Positions 54,489 through 58,511 of a DNA stretch of 58,511 bases are shown piece after piece. The position numbers and the translations under genes are program-made. Position 1 is the first letter of the stretch; each line of letters begins with the position of its first letter. Under the pieces are notes generated by a model. The model was not told the origin of the DNA and did no database searches. It saw only the letters and a program-made list of their open reading frames with translations. The DNA is taken from NCBI GenBank assembly GCA_963788655.1, contig CAWBHS010000070.1, positions 1 to 58,511 on the forward strand, given 5' to 3'. Source of the DNA: an uncultured Verrucomicrobiae bacterium (GTDB lineage: Bacteria; Verrucomicrobiota; Verrucomicrobiia; Limisphaerales; JAFGQR01).

Positions 54489-54872
54489 CTAAAACTTCCC
54501 CGCGTTGGCTGGTTCGAAGGGTTCCGCCCACGATTGCACTGGCAACGGCTGCCCAACGTTGTAGGCGGCGGGCAAGCGCCCGTGCTGTCGGGGCCGGTGT
54601 TTTCGGATCAAGGCAGCGAGCCAGTGGCGCATAAAGGCCCACAACCAATCCCGGCCCACGTCACCCTGGCGGCGCAACCGGCGGCGGAAACATTCGTTGC
54701 CGCCATACACCGTATTCGCGTGCGCGGTGAGTTGGGCGATCCAGCGCCGTGGCAACGGTTCGCCCAGCCACGTGCTGGCTTCCTCCCACACCGCCGCCGC
54801 CACGGCGCGGGGGACGAGCGGAGGTATCGCGCTCCAACCGGGCTGACCGTCGGGCTCGCGCCGGAACCCCAT
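54489..54872 (-). CDS. Hypothetical protein (127 aa)
   Basis: Plausible globular Trp/Arg-rich ORF (GRDWLWAFMRHWL); overlaps the read-through tail of the RM gene. Confidence 0.5.
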   Translation of the reverse strand: MGFRREPDGQPGWSAIPPLVPRAVAAAVWEEASTWLGEPLPRRWIAQLTAHANTVYGGNECFRRRLRRQGDVGRDWLWAFMRHWLAALIRKHRPRQHGRLPAAYNVGQPLPVQSWAEPFEPANAGKF

Positions 54873-57800
54873 GAATCATTTGCTCGTTCAGCATGGCCAT
54901 ATTTTGGAGGAGAAGACGTTAGGAGTCTCCAACAACTTTTGTCTTTTTGCGTTTTTATTTCGAGCCTTCTTACCTCGTCTCCGACGGGGTGTCTGGCGTG
55001 CTGACCCTCCACGATTTTGATCTCGTCCTCGGTCAGGCCGTAAAGATCATAAACCAGGCGGTCAATTTGTTGGTCGGTGGCGGTGGTCTGACGTTCGAGC
55101 GAGGTCTTCTCCTGCGGCGTCCGCACGACGCCCAACTGCTGGTGCAGCGCCAACATCTGTTCGACCAGCTTGACCATGTGATCGTGGTGCAATTGGTCAG
55201 CGACGTTGGAGAAATTGATGACACGGATCGGCAACTGGTCGAGATCGACTTTCTTGACCTGAGCAATGCTTTTCTTGTTAGTGACCGATTTAGCGCGGTA
55301 GTAAGCGGTGAGCAAACGGGAGTTAAGCAGCCCAAGAAGATACTTAAACTCCAAGTCGGACTGGTTGTTGAAAAGGAAATACAACGACTGCTCCGGAAAG
55401 ATTCCGGAATCGTCAAACGTAGCAATGATCGTGTCGCCTGTCTTTCGAACCAGAATCTTCGGGATTGCGCCGAGCTTCCTTGGTCTGTGGTTCGTCCCGT
55501 GATGTTCTCTGGACGAAAATCGAACCAATACTGCTTCTTGAGTTTGTAGCGACCAATGCTGTCGCCTTTCAAGGTGGGAATCTCGCAGGGCTCAGTTTGA
55601 GACGCATGGATGAGACACGATTTTCCTCCGAATCCGGAAGTAGATTCACAGACTTGCCCAAGTGATTTGACGACCGAACGAGAAGAAACGGCCGTGACCA
55701 AAGACATCACTTCGGCGTTCTCAAAATACTCGAAAACGTGACTTGGATGCTGAAGAAGTTCAGACTGTTTTCGGCTGATAGGTTTTCGATCGAATTCGGA
55801 GATGGCCACTGTCCAATCACTGGTTGGATTAGTACTCTGGATCACGAAAGCGAGAGTATCAGCCGTAACCCCCGGAAACGGCACCTTGTAAAGCAGCGAG
55901 CCAATCCGCGCCTCGGTGAGAATTCGTTTTCGAAGTTGCACAAACTGTGCGTTGTATCCTAGCCGGTCGGGAACAATGAAGCTGAACCAACCGTTCGGCC
56001 CGACTAGATTCAAACCCTGAGCAACGAAATACTCGTACATGTTTGGCATGTAGGTGTTCCCTTGGAAATGAGAAATCAGGTAGGCGATCTCTTTTTTTGA
56101 GTGGATTTCATTCCCGAATTTGCCCGACAGCGAGATCGATGGAGGATTGCCGATGACGGCGTCGAAGCCACCGGCCTGCATGGTTTCTGGGAACCCATCT
56201 GCGCCTGCCAGTCGAACACATTAATGCGGTCAAGTTCGTCTTCGTGAGCAACGTCATCTCCTGCTGTTGATAGAAATCCGGGCCGATGAGCGAGTTGCCG
56301 CACTTGATGTTGTCGCCGAGGTCCGGCAGGGCGCGTTCCTGGAAGATGCGGAAGAACGTCTGGAGGGTCTGCTGGGTTTCGCCTTCCAGCACTTTGAGCA
56401 GGAGGGAGAGCTTGGTGACTTCCACGGCCTGCGCGTCAATGTCCACGCCGTAAATGTTGTCCGAGCAGAATGCGTTTGCGCTCGGCGATGGTGAGCCGCC
56501 AGCCCTGGCGGGTTTGCACGAGCACGGGTTGCCGCCTTTGGCCCATTTGGCCGGGTCGTTCGCCAGTAGAACTGCAGGTGCCAGTCGAGCAGATATTGAT
56601 ACGCGCCAATGAGGAACGAGCCGCGAGCCGCAAGCAGGATCGAGGACGCGCAATTTGGAGACGCGGTTGAGGATGGCCGAGGCGGTTCGCGGATCGCAAG
56701 GAGACGACGTGAGGAGTGCGCAATCTTGGCACCGGAAGTTTGAGATCGTCTCCGGCTTCGGACTCCTGTCCGGATTGGATGGCACTTTAGTGGCTGCATT
56801 CCTCATCAGTTTCCCCACCGTCTGCCTGACGATGTATTCGACGATGTAGGTGGGCGTGTAATAAACGCCGCCGGCCTTTTGACCTCCGGTTTGTCCTCGA
56901 CCACCGCGCGGTGGCCTTCGGTCAGCCGGATGACTTTGCCGAGAAACTGCTCATAGACCTGGCCGAGGATGTCGGCCGGAGAGGACGGAGAACTCGTAGG
57001 GACTGTCCGGATAATAAAGACCTGCGAGCAGGTCTCCGCAGAAGTTTGTCGTCGAGTGTCGAGGTCGAGCGTGAGTTCATCGGGCGCTTCGTGGCGGCCC
57101 TTTTCCCGCTTGAAGTGGAACAGGCCGGAGTTGTAACGGGAGTCGGCTGCTTCAAACAGCTGGACAGAGTCGCGGGTAGATGCGGTCGCCGTTGACCAGG
57201 GCACGGAGGCGACCGTAATCCTCGATGCCGCGGTCTTCGCAGATACGCAGGAAAATGATGCGGTCGATGATGCGTTGGACGGCGAAGTTGAGTTCGCGCT
57301 GGGTGAGTTTCGGATTGCGCAGCGCGAGGTTGCGGGCGAGGTCCGAGCGCCAACTTTCGATTTCCGTCAGAAAGGCCGCATCCACCTCCGCCGTGCCCCG
57401 CTTGCGTTTGGTCGATTCGGCAAATTTGTCGAAGGAACCTTTGAGAACGGCGTCGCGGGAGAAGATGGAGGCGAACTCACGCCCATTTCTCGGCGAAGTT
57501 CTGAAACGTGCAGTAGAGGATACGGGCGGTCGCCGGCGAATCGTCCTTGACCGGTTTGAATGCGGCAGTCATAGACGGCGAACTCCTCGAAATCGGAAAG
57601 GATGCTCAAGGGCAGCTTGGCCGACCAGGCGTAGCGACGAAGTTGGTAGGCCGGCGTCGGTTCATCCTTGATGCGACGGAAGGTTTCTTGGCTTCGAGGA
57701 AGAATTTGCGCGTGCCGCCGATGCGGAAGCAATAGTCGGGCGCCTTGAGTGGCGCCGCCAATGTGGATGGCGTCTTCGTGGATAACGTCCTTGTAGGCTT

Positions 57801-57999
57801 CGGCATAACCCTGCTCGTTGTCCATGTCCCAGCCGAGCGTCTTGAACAAGGGATCGAGAAATTCCCGGCGCAGTTGGGTCTCGTTGTATTGCCCGGACTT
57901 GTAGGAATCGAGTTGCTGTTCGAATCGCCCGACCAATTCGAGAACGGCGCTGGGCGCATCGGCGGGAGGCGTGGCTTCCAGATGTTCCAATTTCGGCAT
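54608..57999 (-). pseudogene. Type IIG/IIL (Eco57I-like) fused restriction endonuclease-N6 methyltransferase with TaqI-C-like specificity domain; many frameshifts
   Basis: YNETQLRREFLDP, PDYCFRIGG..KFFLEAKKP, ILGQVYEQFLG, LDPACGS, GFDAVIGNPP, LLGLLNSRL, IDRLVYDLYGLTEDEI, spread over many partial ORFs; may be intact in vivo. Confidence 0.88.
54906..54985. repeat. REP-like palindrome
   Basis: GGAGGAGAAGACGTTAGGAGTCTC ... GAGCCTTCTTACCTCGTCTCCGAC. Confidence 0.65.
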
Positions 58000-58121
58000 G
58001 CACGACAGGCTAAGAGGTGCCGGCGTCGCGGTCAATCATCGGGTTCTACTTCGAAAAACAAGCCTTCCACTCCGAAACACCCTCCCAATACTGAGCGAGA
58101 TTGGGCAGGGCTAGCGGGAAA

Positions 58122-58268
58122 GTCGCGAAGCGTTTGGAGCGTCCGGCTTGCCGGCGCTGTCGAATGAGGGGCAACTGGCAAACTGTTGCCGGCGCCGAAT
58201 TGATTGTGAGGCGTGGGTTGTCTCATGAAAGCGGGAGCAAGCTCCACGCACTCCAGGGCGGGCGCGAC
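58122..58268. repeat. Degenerate REP-like element
   Basis: GTCGCGAAGCGTTTGGAG ... AAAGCGGGAGCAAGCTCCACGCACTCCAGGGCGGGCGCGAC; related to 19444-19542. Confidence 0.5.
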
Positions 58269-58511
58269 ATTGAACCCCACGACCACCATCGCCGAGCAAG
58301 CATCCGGCCCTGCGCCAGCCCGCTGTTCTTAATGAACGGAAGGCCAACCTGCGTGGATAAGGGCTTGGCCCGTAGCGGCCCGGGCCCATAGAATGCTCGC
58401 GGCTAATCCGATTGGATTCGGAAGCACAGTGCAAGCTGCCGGTGTCCGAGTTCCGAAACCAATAGCATCAAAAATACAACTGCCGATCAAACCCGCACAA
58501 GCAATATGGAA

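Noticed and set aside
54608..54990. Genuine 130-aa C-terminal extension of the RM enzyme
   Set aside because: Such enzymes normally end near EIKIVEG; the extension runs through a repeat and another ORF, so it is likely a lost or frameshifted stop.

Overview
GC-rich bacterial chromosomal segment, most consistent with Verrucomicrobiota of the Pedosphaera/Limisphaera type. This is an inference from the protein repertoire, a C-terminal STNL..W..RFYR domain, a TGTTC-N4-GAACA box and the repeat families. Housekeeping genes present: infA, mnmA, yqgE, tkt, modABC, rny, a 5-formyl-THF cyclo-ligase, rarA, sufT, tRNA-Ala(GGC), mgtE and a SWIM-SNF2 helicase. They are interleaved with secreted or envelope genes: a >2600 aa PA14/Ig/lectin surface protein running off the left edge, two sulfatases, a PPC/PKD protein, a large AsmA-like protein, a GT-C glycosyltransferase, PagL, a DA1-like peptidase and a pentein-fold enzyme. 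A fragmented type IIG/IIL restriction-modification gene lies at the right end. Many genes, including tkt, carry 1-nt frameshifts that look like long-read indel errors. Best leads: (1) a multi-stem RNA leader with strand-consistent G-U pairs and a terminator-like hairpin, in front of a LamG + RCC1-repeat locus that looks like a truncated giant secreted (possibly RHS-type) system; (2) many REP/MITE-like palindrome families, two of which sit in-frame inside enzymes; (3) strong Thr-Asn enrichment in exported proteins next to a GT-C transferase; (4) nested domain insertions in the giant adhesin; (5) a candidate LexA box before rarA, a 37-aa lipoprotein missing from the ORF track and an internally deleted Tat-substrate gene. 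No CRISPR array, integrase or transposase was seen.
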